A stretch of DNA of 62,277 nt from Candidatus Uhrbacteria bacterium. Its GTDB lineage: Bacteria > Patescibacteriota > Patescibacteriia > UBA9934. Made by a program: the position numbers and the translations under genes. The notes beneath the pieces are model-generated. The model did not search any database and had not been told where the DNA came from. It saw nothing but the letters and a program-made list of their open reading frames with translations. The stretch is from assembly GCA_943359525.1 (NCBI GenBank), contig CALRHV010000004.1:1-62277 (forward strand), in the 5' to 3' direction. Numbering within the stretch: the first letter of the stretch is position 1; the number at the start of each line of letters is the position of its first letter. Positions 38,692 to 47,437 of the stretch are shown one piece after another.

Positions 38692-40352
38692 TCAATTCCT
38701 TGTTCCTCGAAATTGCGGCGGTCATGATGACTGCGGGGTTGTTTTCGCTCATTGCGTATAGACTTCGTCAGCCGTTGATCATCGCATACATCGCCACGGG
38801 AATTGTGGTGGGGCCGGGGCTGTTTAATCTTGCGCAGTCGGTGGACGTGTTTGAAACGATGTCGAGTATTGGTATTGCATTCCTGCTGTTCATTGTTGGG
38901 CTGAACTTGAACTGGCGGAATGTGAAGGACGTTGGCCGCGTCGCGCTTGTTGCGGGTTCTGCGCAGGTGATCGTTACATCGATCATCGGAACCGGCATCG
39001 CGCTTGCACTTGGCGTGCCATTGCCGACGGCGATTTTTCTTGGCGTTGCGTTCTCGTTTTCGTCCACGATTATCATCGTGAAGCTCCTCACGGATAAAGA
39101 GGACCTTGATCGCTTGTACGGCCGCATTGCCGTGGGAATGCTTATCGTTCAAGACATCATTGCGATGCTCATTCTCCTCGTGCTCTCTGCAATGCAAAGC
39201 GGACAAGACTTGCGCGCGATTCTCACATTCTCGCTCGGTAAAGGTTTGGTGACGGTGTTCGTGTTGTGGTTGCTTGCAAAGCTCGTCGTGCCAAAAGTAT
39301 TTTCGTATGCCGCACGAAGTCAGGAGCTTTTGTTCCTCATTGCGCTGGGTTGGTGTTTTGCGGTGGCGAGTGCGCTGCAGTATTTTGGATTCGGAATCGA
39401 AAGCGGTGCGTTGCTCGCTGGCGTGTCCCTCGCCGGTACAGGATTCCAGCATGAAATTGAAGCAAAGATTCGTTCGTTGCGTGATTTCTTCTTGATTATC
39501 TTTTTCATCGTGCTCGGAACGAACCTCACCATCAGTTCATTCGACCAGGTCCTCATTCCAGCGATCGTACTCAGCGTGTACGTGCTTATTGGCAATCCAC
39601 TTATTGCGCAAGTGATTATGCGATTTATGGGGTATCACTCACGCACCGCTTTTCTTGCGGGAACAACGGTTGCACAAATTAGCGAATTTTCTTTCATTAT
39701 GCTTGCTGCGGGGATTGCCGGAGGCTTTGTGTTACCCGAAGCCATGACGCTTGCAACTATCGTCGGCCTTGTCACCATTGCCGGTTCCTCGTATCTCGTT
39801 GCGTACAATGAGAGAATTTACGAAAAACTTTCGCGGTTCTTTCCGTCAAAAAAACATGAACATGACGACGTGAAGCATGTGGGGAGCGATGTCGTCTTGT
39901 TTGGATTCGATCGCATGGGTGTTGAAATTCTGCCAAAGATCGAGGAGATGACTAACGAGTATCGTATTATTGATTTTAATCCGGCGGTTGTTGAGCGGCT
40001 TCTTGTGGAAGGAAAGCCGGTGATGTACGGCGATGTGGGGAATGAGGATGTGCTTATGTTGGCGCATGTGGATAAGGCGAAGCTAGTGATTTCCACGATT
40101 CCCGACATGAGCGTGAACGATGCGATTCTGGATTTCTTCCGTCATCGGCACAGCAAGGCGTCGATTGTGGTTACCGTGAAGTCGTCGGACGATGCAAAGC
40201 GGTGCTATGATTTAGGTGCGACGTTCGTGATTGTGCCAAGTATTTTGTCTGGCGAACGATTTGGAGAGTTTTTGACGAAGCGAAAGGAAAAAAAGACAGC
40301 GTGGAGTGCGTTGGCAAAGACGTACATGCATTGGACGGCTGATCGAAGATAA
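38688..40352 (+). CDS. CPA2 cation/proton antiporter with TrkA-N (KTN) domain (KefB/KefC-like)
   Basis: LRQPLIIAYIATG, FSSTIIIVKLL, LIVQD, FFLIIFF, QISEFS, FGFDRMG, YGDV. Confidence 0.9.
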   Translation: MINSLFLEIAAVMMTAGLFSLIAYRLRQPLIIAYIATGIVVGPGLFNLAQSVDVFETMSSIGIAFLLFIVGLNLNWRNVKDVGRVALVAGSAQVIVTSIIGTGIALALGVPLPTAIFLGVAFSFSSTIIIVKLLTDKEDLDRLYGRIAVGMLIVQDIIAMLILLVLSAMQSGQDLRAILTFSLGKGLVTVFVLWLLAKLVVPKVFSYAARSQELLFLIALGWCFAVASALQYFGFGIESGALLAGVSLAGTGFQHEIEAKIRSLRDFFLIIFFIVLGTNLTISSFDQVLIPAIVLSVYVLIGNPLIAQVIMRFMGYHSRTAFLAGTTVAQISEFSFIMLAAGIAGGFVLPEAMTLATIVGLVTIAGSSYLVAYNERIYEKLSRFFPSKKHEHDDVKHVGSDVVLFGFDRMGVEILPKIEEMTNEYRIIDFNPAVVERLLVEGKPVMYGDVGNEDVLMLAHVDKAKLVISTIPDMSVNDAILDFFRHRHSKASIVVTVKSSDDAKRCYDLGATFVIVPSILSGERFGEFLTKRKEKKTAWSALAKTYMHWTADRR

Positions 40353-40362
40353 TATCTTTTTT

Positions 40363-40806
40363 ATGGTGATGGGATTTGAAGCTCCAAAAACATCCGGCGT
40401 GCATTACGACATTGCGCCGCCGCCAATGATTAAACGCACCCCGGAACAGGTTGCGGCGTCGCGTGCAAAAATGGCTGCGGCGATGGAGACGTCAGGAAGA
40501 AATGCAGCGGCAGAGAATGTTGTGGAGGCGCCTGAAGCGGCTGTTGAAGTACCAAAGTCGGCGGAAGAAACAGAAGCCGCAGAACGATTGGAATACCAGA
40601 AGCTTTATGCGAAGGCGATGAGATTAAAGAAGGAGCGCGCTGAGGCAGAGGCAATTCGGATGCGACTTGGTGGTGTTGGAGAGATGCCAAAATATAGAGA
40701 TTTTGCTCCGCTCAGAGAAGAGCAGGCGAATACAGCACCTGTAGAGCAGGCTGAACCGACAGAACGAAGCCCACAGTGGGCAAATCGATATCGTCCCGCG
40801 GCGTAG
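40363..40806 (+). CDS. Hypothetical low-complexity (A/E-rich) protein
   Basis: Open frame followed by a terminator. Confidence 0.5.
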   Translation: MVMGFEAPKTSGVHYDIAPPPMIKRTPEQVAASRAKMAAAMETSGRNAAAENVVEAPEAAVEVPKSAEETEAAERLEYQKLYAKAMRLKKERAEAEAIRMRLGGVGEMPKYRDFAPLREEQANTAPVEQAEPTERSPQWANRYRPAA

Positions 40807-40814
40807 GAACCGTT

Positions 40815-40856
40815 ACAAAACACACGAACGGCGTTGACCGTTCGTGTGTTTTTGTG
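40815..40856 (+). terminator. Intrinsic terminator
   Basis: ACAAAACACACGAACGG-CGTTGA-CCGTTCGTGTGTTTTTGT. Confidence 0.8.
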
Positions 40857-40885
40857 TATAGTCGGGTTCCATTTCAGGAGGCAGC

Positions 40886-41404
40886 ATGACCGCTGCAAAC
40901 TCTCGTGTTCCCGTTTCTCTCGAGTCTACGCCGGTAGAATATCCGGAAGACTGTGCTATCTGGGTGTCGGACGGCTTGAGCGGTTCGTTTCGATTCAACA
41001 TGAGTGCACCAAAGGAAACTCGTGGCGATCGTTGCTGCTGGAGGTTCGTCCTTCAGCCTGGCAATGGCCAGCGTCCGCAGCAAGAGCGGTTGAAGTCCGC
41101 AGGTCACGATCATGTGGCAATGTTCTTCTTCTTTGACGGAGAGGTGTTTCGCTTCACCATGATGAGTGCCGCTGGTCCGCGCCTGCGCTTCCGTGATTAC
41201 GGTCCGTGTGCAGTGCTTACGCTCTACAACGACGACAGCGTCGTGAAAATGACGAAGATGGCCAAAAACCTCTTTACCCGTGATATTCCACGTTTGAACG
41301 GCACGGTCGTCGTTGCCACCTGGAACCGGCTTCGTTCGTCCGAACGTTGCCGACACGTGGCTATCGTTCCCGCGCTCACTATTAACTGGTCGGCCCGCAA
41401 ATGA
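40886..41404 (+). CDS. Hypothetical protein
   Basis: AGGAGG 4 nt before ATG; 172-aa ORF; no recognised motif. Confidence 0.5.
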   Translation: MTAANSRVPVSLESTPVEYPEDCAIWVSDGLSGSFRFNMSAPKETRGDRCCWRFVLQPGNGQRPQQERLKSAGHDHVAMFFFFDGEVFRFTMMSAAGPRLRFRDYGPCAVLTLYNDDSVVKMTKMAKNLFTRDIPRLNGTVVVATWNRLRSSERCRHVAIVPALTINWSARK

Positions 41405-41474
41405 AGCGGTGCTACCGCAACGCACACCTCGAGCTCTGACGCAGAGCCCGGGGTGTTGCCGTTTCTGGGGACAA

Positions 41475-41712
41475 AAAGAAACTGACCTTGGAATGGGTTG
41501 TGACGGAACGGCTGGGATTTGCATCTTCGGCGACTTGGCATGTTCGATTTTGAATATTGCGAGTGTAAAGACCTCTTTACACTTTTCTGATGGAAAACCT
41601 CAATAAAAGTGTAGATTGATATGTAAAGAGGTCTTTACACTCACGGATTGGGAAATCGAGTACCCCAAGCTCACAAGTCCCTTCTTTTTTCAAAGAATCA
41701 GTTTCAGATCCA
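41475..41712. repeat. Structured intergenic element with GTGTAAAGAGGTCTTTACAC palindrome doublet
   Basis: 82-bp core 41561-41642 matches the reverse complement of 58217-58298; flanks also homologous. Confidence 0.85.
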
Positions 41713-41734
41713 TTTCTTTGGGGACAACTCAGTT

Positions 41735-41775
41735 TTGACATCACCGAGTTAGCACTCTATACTTGAGACTGCTAA
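41735..41775 (+). promoter_or_regulatory. Sigma-70 promoter with overlapping CIRCE operator
   Basis: TTGACA(41735)-N17-TATACT(41758); TTAGCACTC-N9-GACTGCTAA at 41749-41775 (1 mismatch to CIRCE). Confidence 0.93.
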
Positions 41776-41777
41776 TT

Positions 41778-42473
41778 ATGAATGTCCGCCAAAGTCACAT
41801 TCTCCAGCTTGTGGTGGACGAATACGTCCGTACGGCTGAGCCAGTCAGTTCCCAGGCCTTGTGTGCTGGGTTCGACTTGGATTGTTCCCCGGCCACGGTT
41901 CGAAACGACATGGTTTCGTTGGAAGAGGAGGGATTCCTCCATCAGCCGCACACCTCGGCTGGTCGAGTTCCTACAGAAGAAGGTTATCGGTACTACCTCG
42001 CAAACGTTGTACAGGCCAAGCAGCCGAAAGTCGCAACCGAACTCCGAAGCGCCATGGAAGAGATTCGATCGCTCGAATCCAAAATCCAGTTCCTTGGTCG
42101 CCGACTCGCCGATCTTTCTGGCGACGCCGTTATCGTCACCAACGAACACCAAACCTCGGCGCTGGGCGTGGCGAACCTTCTGAGAAAGCCAGACTTTCAA
42201 GAAGAGAACATGCTCCTTGCGCTTGCCGAAGACATCGAACGCCTTGAGCGTGATGCCACAAGTGTGATGAGCGTTGCGCCAAGCGAAGTACGAATCTTGC
42301 TTGGCGAAGAAAGCCCTATGGGCAAACGCCTCGCCACCGTCATCGTTCGCCACCAACTTCCCAACGGCGAAATTGGCGTTCTCTCCATCGTCGGCCCACT
42401 CCGCATGAACTACGCCCGAAACGTTGCATTACTTTCTGAAGCGAAGAGAATTTTAGAAGAAAACGATTTGTAA
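41778..42473 (+). CDS. hrcA: Heat-inducible transcription repressor HrcA (shortened)
   Basis: EYVRTAEPVSS, SPATVRNDM, QPHTSAGRVPT..GYRYY, IVGPLRMNY. Confidence 0.92.
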   Translation: MNVRQSHILQLVVDEYVRTAEPVSSQALCAGFDLDCSPATVRNDMVSLEEEGFLHQPHTSAGRVPTEEGYRYYLANVVQAKQPKVATELRSAMEEIRSLESKIQFLGRRLADLSGDAVIVTNEHQTSALGVANLLRKPDFQEENMLLALAEDIERLERDATSVMSVAPSEVRILLGEESPMGKRLATVIVRHQLPNGEIGVLSIVGPLRMNYARNVALLSEAKRILEENDL

Positions 42474-42476
42474 ATT

Positions 42477-43079
42477 ATGACGCAAGACGAATCACAGAAT
42501 CCAGGATCGAATTTGGTCGGGGACAAGGAAGCGAATGTCAGTCATCCTGAGCATAGCGAAGGATCTCCCGCAGATTCCGGTCATCCCCGCGCAGGCGGGG
42601 ATCCATCATCAGATCTCGAAGCCCTTCAAACCAAATGCGCCGAATACCTCTCCGGCTGGAAGCGTGCTCTCGCAGACTACGAAAACCTTCAAAAGCAAAA
42701 CTCCAGCGCCCGCGATGATGATCGCCGACGCGTTCGATCGAATCTCGCAGAAGACTTGCTCCCCGTCGTCGACAACTTCGGCTACGTCACGAAGCACGTT
42801 CCCGACATCAGCGAGTGTCCTGAAGAGTTCAAGAAAAAGTTCGACACCTGGTTCCAAGGCATCGGCCATATTGAACGCCAATTCGCGGAAGCGATGAAAG
42901 GACTCGGCGTTGAGCCGATTGAAAGCATCGGCACGATCTTCGACCCGAACCTTCACGAAAGCGGCGGCTCGCGATCGGAACCTGGAAAGAAAGAACACGA
43001 GATCGTGGAAGAACTCATCAAGGGCTGGAAGATCGGTGACGTTGTTCTGCGACCTGCAAAAGTAATCGTTAATGAATAA
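42477..43079 (+). CDS. grpE: Nucleotide exchange factor GrpE with REP-derived N-terminal insert
   Basis: [41 protein letters not shown]. Confidence 0.93.
   Translation: MTQDESQNPGSNLVGDKEANVSHPEHSEGSPADSGHPRAGGDPSSDLEALQTKCAEYLSGWKRALADYENLQKQNSSARDDDRRRVRSNLAEDLLPVVDNFGYVTKHVPDISECPEEFKKKFDTWFQGIGHIERQFAEAMKGLGVEPIESIGTIFDPNLHESGGSRSEPGKKEHEIVEELIKGWKIGDVVLRPAKVIVNE
42541..42605 (+). repeat. Two REP units (family B and family A) in-frame in grpE
   Basis: GTCATCCTGAGCATAGCGAAGGATCTC (42541-42567) and GTCATCCCCGCGCAGGCGGGGATCCA (42580-42605). Confidence 0.9.
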
Positions 43080-43083
43080 TTCT

Positions 43084-45003
43084 ATGTCAAAGATCCTCGG
43101 TATCGATTTAGGGACAACAAACTCATGTGTAGCAATCATGGAAGGCGGACAGCCGAAGGTGTTGGAGAATAAGGAGGGAATGCGAACCACGCCATCCATC
43201 ATCGCGGTTGCGAAGAATGGTGAGCGACTTGTGGGGCAACCTGCAAAGCGACAGGCGGTGACGAATCCAAAAAACACTCTTTATTCGATTAAGCGATTGA
43301 TCGGACGACGGTTTAAGGATGAGGAAGTACAGCGCGATATCAAACTGATGCCGTTTGCGATTGTGGCGCGGGGTGAGGGAATTGCGATCAAGATGGGAGA
43401 GAAGGATTTTTCTCCGCAGGAAATCGCGGCAATGGTGCTTGGAAAGATTAAGGCGGATGCGGAGGAGAAGACGGGGGAGAAGATTACTGAAGCCGTCATC
43501 ACCGTTCCTGCATATTTCGATGATGCGCAGCGTCAGGCAACGAAAGATGCTGGTGAGATCGCAGGTTTGAAAGTCTTGCGTATTATCAACGAACCAACCG
43601 CTGCTGCATTGGCGTATGGTTTTGATAAGAAGGTTGGTCAAAAAATCGTTGTGTACGATCTTGGTGGAGGAACGTTCGATGTGTCGGTGCTCGATGTTTC
43701 CGAGGGAACTGTCGAAGTTCTCGCAACAAACGGTGACACGCATCTTGGTGGCGACGACTTCGATCTGACCATCATGAAGTGGATTCTTGATGAGTTTAAG
43801 AAGCTTGAAGGAATCGACCTTTCTGGTGATGCATTGGCGATGCAGCGTATTAAGGACGCGGCAGAACGTGCGAAGATTGAATTATCTACCGCGCAAACAA
43901 CGGAAATCAACCAACCATTCATCACGTCCGGAGCTGAAGGGCCAAAGCATTTGGTGATGTCGCTTTCACGATCGAAACTCGAGGAACTTGTTGGCGGACT
44001 CGTCGATAAAACGATGGAGCCAGTGAAGAAAGCGCTTGCGGATGCGAAGATGGATGCGAAGGCAATCGGCGAGATCGTGATGGTGGGAGGTATGACCCGT
44101 ATGCCACTCGTGCTTTCGAAAGTTGAAGCGTTCTTTGGAAAGAAACCAAACGTGACGGTGAACCCAGATGAGGTCGTCGCTGTTGGCGCTGCGGTGCAGG
44201 CTGGTGTGATGCAGGGCGATGTGAAGGATGTGCTGTTGCTCGATGTTGCCCCACTGAGCCTTGGAATCGAAACCATGGGAAGCGTGTTCACAAAGTTGAT
44301 CGATCGCAACACCACGATTCCAACCAGCAAGTCGCAGGTGTTCTCGACTGCTTCCGACAACCAGCCAGCCGTAACGATTCGCGTCGGCCAGGGCGAGCGC
44401 CCAATGTTTAATGACAACAAAATTCTTGGTCAGTTCGATCTCTCTGGAATCCCGCCAGCACCTCGCGGTGTTCCGCAGATTGAGGTGAAGTTCGATATCG
44501 ATGCGAACGGAATCTTGCACGTATCAGCAACAGACAAGGCGACGAATAAAGCACAGACGATTACGATCACGTCATCGTCAGGCTTGAGCAAGGAAGAAAT
44601 TGAGAAGATGAAGGCCGATGCAGAATCGCACGCCACCGAAGACAAGGCAAAGCAAGAACTCATCGAAGCGCGCAATATTGCGGATACCATGATGTACACC
44701 GTGGAGAAAATGCTTGTCGATAATAAGGACAAGGTTTCTGAAGAGGACAAAAAGATTCTCGAGGAGAAGATGGAGGCAGTAAAGAAAGTGAAGGATACTG
44801 ATGATCTGGAAGCAATCAAAGCTGCTGGCGATGATCTTTCAAAAGAGGCTCAGCGTGTTGGTGGCGCGATGTATTCCAAGGACGACGCTGCAAAGAATGC
44901 TGACGCGAGTCATCCTGAGGGCACCGAAGGATCTCCGTTGGAATCAGAGGCGAAAGATGCAGAGTTCACGGAGAAGAAGGACGATGGTGCTTCGCAGAGT
45001 TAA
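43084..45003 (+). CDS. dnaK: Chaperone DnaK (Hsp70)
   Basis: [56 protein letters not shown]. Confidence 0.98.
   Translation: MSKILGIDLGTTNSCVAIMEGGQPKVLENKEGMRTTPSIIAVAKNGERLVGQPAKRQAVTNPKNTLYSIKRLIGRRFKDEEVQRDIKLMPFAIVARGEGIAIKMGEKDFSPQEIAAMVLGKIKADAEEKTGEKITEAVITVPAYFDDAQRQATKDAGEIAGLKVLRIINEPTAAALAYGFDKKVGQKIVVYDLGGGTFDVSVLDVSEGTVEVLATNGDTHLGGDDFDLTIMKWILDEFKKLEGIDLSGDALAMQRIKDAAERAKIELSTAQTTEINQPFITSGAEGPKHLVMSLSRSKLEELVGGLVDKTMEPVKKALADAKMDAKAIGEIVMVGGMTRMPLVLSKVEAFFGKKPNVTVNPDEVVAVGAAVQAGVMQGDVKDVLLLDVAPLSLGIETMGSVFTKLIDRNTTIPTSKSQVFSTASDNQPAVTIRVGQGERPMFNDNKILGQFDLSGIPPAPRGVPQIEVKFDIDANGILHVSATDKATNKAQTITITSSSGLSKEEIEKMKADAESHATEDKAKQELIEARNIADTMMYTVEKMLVDNKDKVSEEDKKILEEKMEAVKKVKDTDDLEAIKAAGDDLSKEAQRVGGAMYSKDDAAKNADASHPEGTEGSPLESEAKDAEFTEKKDDGASQS
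44909..44935 (+). repeat. REP family B unit in-frame in the dnaK C-terminal tail
   Basis: GTCATCCTGAGGGCACCGAAGGATCTC encodes SHPEGTEGS. Confidence 0.85.
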
Positions 45004-45011
45004 TTTTTAAA

Positions 45012-45040
45012 TATAGGCGGGGCCACCGTGCCCCGCTTAT
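45012..45040. repeat. Palindromic hairpin after dnaK, related to 26946-26976
   Basis: TATAGGCGGGGC-CACCGT-GCCCCGCTTAT. Confidence 0.55.
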
Positions 45041-45048
45041 GCCATACT

Positions 45049-45435
45049 ATGACCACCAATAAAGAATACGCATTACTTTGCGAGTTTGCGACGCAGTCCA
45101 CGAATGGATTGAATAGCTTCATGCACGTGTTCGATCGCACCATGTTCCCAGCCGGCGAGCAGCCAGTTCTCCGTGGATTCCTTGCGATGCGCTTAACGCA
45201 TCTTCCAGAAGCACCGAACGTTGAGGTGTATGTTACCGATGGATCGAATACGCTCGTCGAAAAAGGAACAATGTTCAAGCAGCAGATCAAAGGACCAAAC
45301 GCCAACTTGCTCGTCCGCATTGGCGGCATGACGGTGCCAAAGGCGGGGGAGTATCGCATTTGGTCACGCGTTGACGGATCGGAGCCGCTTGAGCTCTGTA
45401 CTTGGTACGCGGAAGAGAAACCAAAGCAAGCTTAG
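45049..45435 (+). CDS. Hypothetical beta-sandwich protein (DUF6941-like)
   Basis: ALLCEFA...LNSFMHVFDR...PKAGEYRI pattern. Confidence 0.55.
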   Translation: MTTNKEYALLCEFATQSTNGLNSFMHVFDRTMFPAGEQPVLRGFLAMRLTHLPEAPNVEVYVTDGSNTLVEKGTMFKQQIKGPNANLLVRIGGMTVPKAGEYRIWSRVDGSEPLELCTWYAEEKPKQA

Positions 45436-45453
45436 ATTTTTACTCATCTTCAT

Positions 45454-45612
45454 ATGAAAATCCTCGATCGCATCAAGCTCATGTTTGTGAAAGGTGGTTC
45501 GCCAGACGAAAAGCGTCCGGACGACATGACATCGAAAAAAGAATCTGGGTGTTGCCAAATGCCATCGGTGGAATCGAGATCATGTTGCGGCGGGGATTGT
45601 GATTGCAAATAA
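45454..45612 (+). CDS. 52-aa Cys-rich microprotein (metallothionein-like tail)
   Basis: MKILDRIKLMFVKGGSPDEKRPDDMTSKKESGCCQMPSVESRSCCGGDCDCK*; stop is 1 nt before the next ATG; absent from the ORF track (<60 aa). Confidence 0.65.
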   Translation: MKILDRIKLMFVKGGSPDEKRPDDMTSKKESGCCQMPSVESRSCCGGDCDCK

Positions 45613-45613
45613 T

Positions 45614-45781
45614 ATGGGAGGACAATTACGAAAACTTCTATCGGGAACATTGAAGACGATACTCGCAGGTTTTTTGTACGTTCTCGCTCTTCCTGCGGTA
45701 CGGAACTGGTTGATGAATTTGCTTCTTGGTAAGCGCAAGGTGAATCAGAAAGTGGTTGATGTTGAGGCCAAGAAAGAATAA
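45614..45781 (+). CDS. 55-aa single-TM microprotein
   Basis: MGGQLRKLLSGTLKTILAGFLYVLALPAVRNWL...VVDVEAKKE; fills the gap before dnaJ. Confidence 0.6.
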   Translation: MGGQLRKLLSGTLKTILAGFLYVLALPAVRNWLMNLLLGKRKVNQKVVDVEAKKE

Positions 45782-45788
45782 GTCGATT

Positions 45789-46865
45789 ATGGCCGGTAAA
45801 GATTTCTACAAAATTCTCGGAGTCCCCAAGTCTGCATCGCAGGACGATGTTAAGCGTGCGTTCAGAAAGCTGGCGCACGAGCACCATCCGGATAAGGGTG
45901 GAAAGGAAGAGAAGTTTAAAGAGATTAATGAGGCGTACCAGGCACTTGGCGACGAGCAGAAGCGCGCGCAGTACGACCAGTTTGGTTCTGCGGCGTTTGA
46001 TGGAAGCGGCGGAGGAAATCCGTTCGCTGGTGGGAATCCATTCGGCGGTGGAGGTGGATTCGATTTTAGTGGCGCGGGGTTTGAAGATCTTGGCGACATT
46101 CTCGGCGGAATGTTCGGCGGAGGCGCTCGTCAGCAACGCGAGCCAAAGGGTGAAGACCTTGAGGTTGGTATTCGCTTGAAGTTCTCGGAAGCAGTGTTTG
46201 GTGTTGAAAAAGAAATTCCACTGACGAAGCATTCAAAATGTGCGCGATGCGCAGGAACAGCGGCAGACCCTGGAACAAAAATGAAAACGTGTACTATGTG
46301 CGATGGAAAGGGATTCCGTGTGGTGATGCAGCGCACGATGCTTGGCGCGATGCAGATGAAGACGGCGTGTACGGAATGTCATGGACGCGGTGAGAAGCCA
46401 GAGAAGGATTGCACGGAGTGTCATGGTAAAGGCGCGGTGCACGGCCGAACCACGGTTCGCGTTGATATTCCAGCAGGAGTTGATGACGGTATGAGCGTTC
46501 GCGTTCGCGGAGAAGGCGAAAGCATTGGCGCACAAGGCGAGCCGGGGGATTTGTATCTTCGATTGCGCGTTGAGCCAGACCCACGATTCAAGCGCGATGG
46601 ATTTACGATTTACGTCACAAAGAATATCGGTTTCACTCAAGCTGCACTCGGCGATACCGTCGATGTCGATACGGTTGATGGGAAAGTCGAACTCAAGATT
46701 CCGCAAGGCACACAAAGTGGCGATGAGCTGAGGCTCCGAGGAAAAGGTGTACCGTCGAACCGTGGTCGTGGGGATCAGATTGTGATTGTGAAAGTGATTA
46801 CACCGACGAAGATGGATAAGAAAACGCAGGAGTTGTTGAAAGAGATGAATTTGCGGGAGAAGTAG
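45789..46865 (+). CDS. dnaJ: Chaperone DnaJ
   Basis: J-domain HPD, G/F region, four CxxCxG repeats, GDLY, LRLRGKG. Confidence 0.97.
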   Translation: MAGKDFYKILGVPKSASQDDVKRAFRKLAHEHHPDKGGKEEKFKEINEAYQALGDEQKRAQYDQFGSAAFDGSGGGNPFAGGNPFGGGGGFDFSGAGFEDLGDILGGMFGGGARQQREPKGEDLEVGIRLKFSEAVFGVEKEIPLTKHSKCARCAGTAADPGTKMKTCTMCDGKGFRVVMQRTMLGAMQMKTACTECHGRGEKPEKDCTECHGKGAVHGRTTVRVDIPAGVDDGMSVRVRGEGESIGAQGEPGDLYLRLRVEPDPRFKRDGFTIYVTKNIGFTQAALGDTVDVDTVDGKVELKIPQGTQSGDELRLRGKGVPSNRGRGDQIVIVKVITPTKMDKKTQELLKEMNLREK

Positions 46866-46897
46866 ATCGAATACTGATGAGATATACTGTTCCTTGT

Positions 46898-47380
46898 ATG
46901 TCTTTTGATTTCTCTCAGTTGTTCGTCTTTGACGCGATGATTGCTGCGGGCGTTATTGCGGCATCATTTCTTTTTGTGTACACCATCGGTCGCTTCTCAC
47001 TCGTGCCGATGATTGCGGCTCTTGGTATGGGTGCGACGTTCGCGGCATTAGCGCCGTATGCTGGGAAAATTCCCGGCATCAATATCTGGCCAGCGTATCA
47101 GCAACACATTTTCGTTTTTATCGTCATTGCACTTGCGGCATTCTTTATTTTCCGACGACACTCGTACTTTGAGCCAAGTGTCGCGCCACGAAAGATCGAA
47201 CTCGCAGTTTGTGCAATGCTTATCGCTGGATTTATCTTAGCGGTTCTTGGATCATTTCTTCCCACCGATGTCATCACGATCCTTTCAACACACACGAAAG
47301 TTTTATTCGTCGACGACCTTCCTCGGACCCTGTGGCTGATCGCTCCGGTGGCTGTGTTTGCGGCAATGAAAGGCAGATAA
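46898..47380 (+). CDS. Hypothetical membrane protein
   Basis: About 5 hydrophobic segments; TATACT 9 nt before ATG. Confidence 0.55.
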   Translation: MSFDFSQLFVFDAMIAAGVIAASFLFVYTIGRFSLVPMIAALGMGATFAALAPYAGKIPGINIWPAYQQHIFVFIVIALAAFFIFRRHSYFEPSVAPRKIELAVCAMLIAGFILAVLGSFLPTDVITILSTHTKVLFVDDLPRTLWLIAPVAVFAAMKGR

Positions 47381-47437
47381 AAACCATCCTCAGGCCAGCT
47401 CGCCGATTCTGGAATTCCGGGCTACAATCTGGGAACT

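Noticed and set aside
41561-41642. GTGTAAAGAGGTCTTTACAC palindromes as CRISPR repeats or HrcA operator
   Set aside because: Only an inverted doublet. It recurs at 58217 away from heat-shock genes, and the true CIRCE is at 41749.
41466-41727. 9-bp direct repeat TGGGGACAA (41466, 41719) as a target-site duplication
   Set aside because: No equivalent duplication flanks the sister copy at 58140-58370, so it is unsupported as a general TSD.
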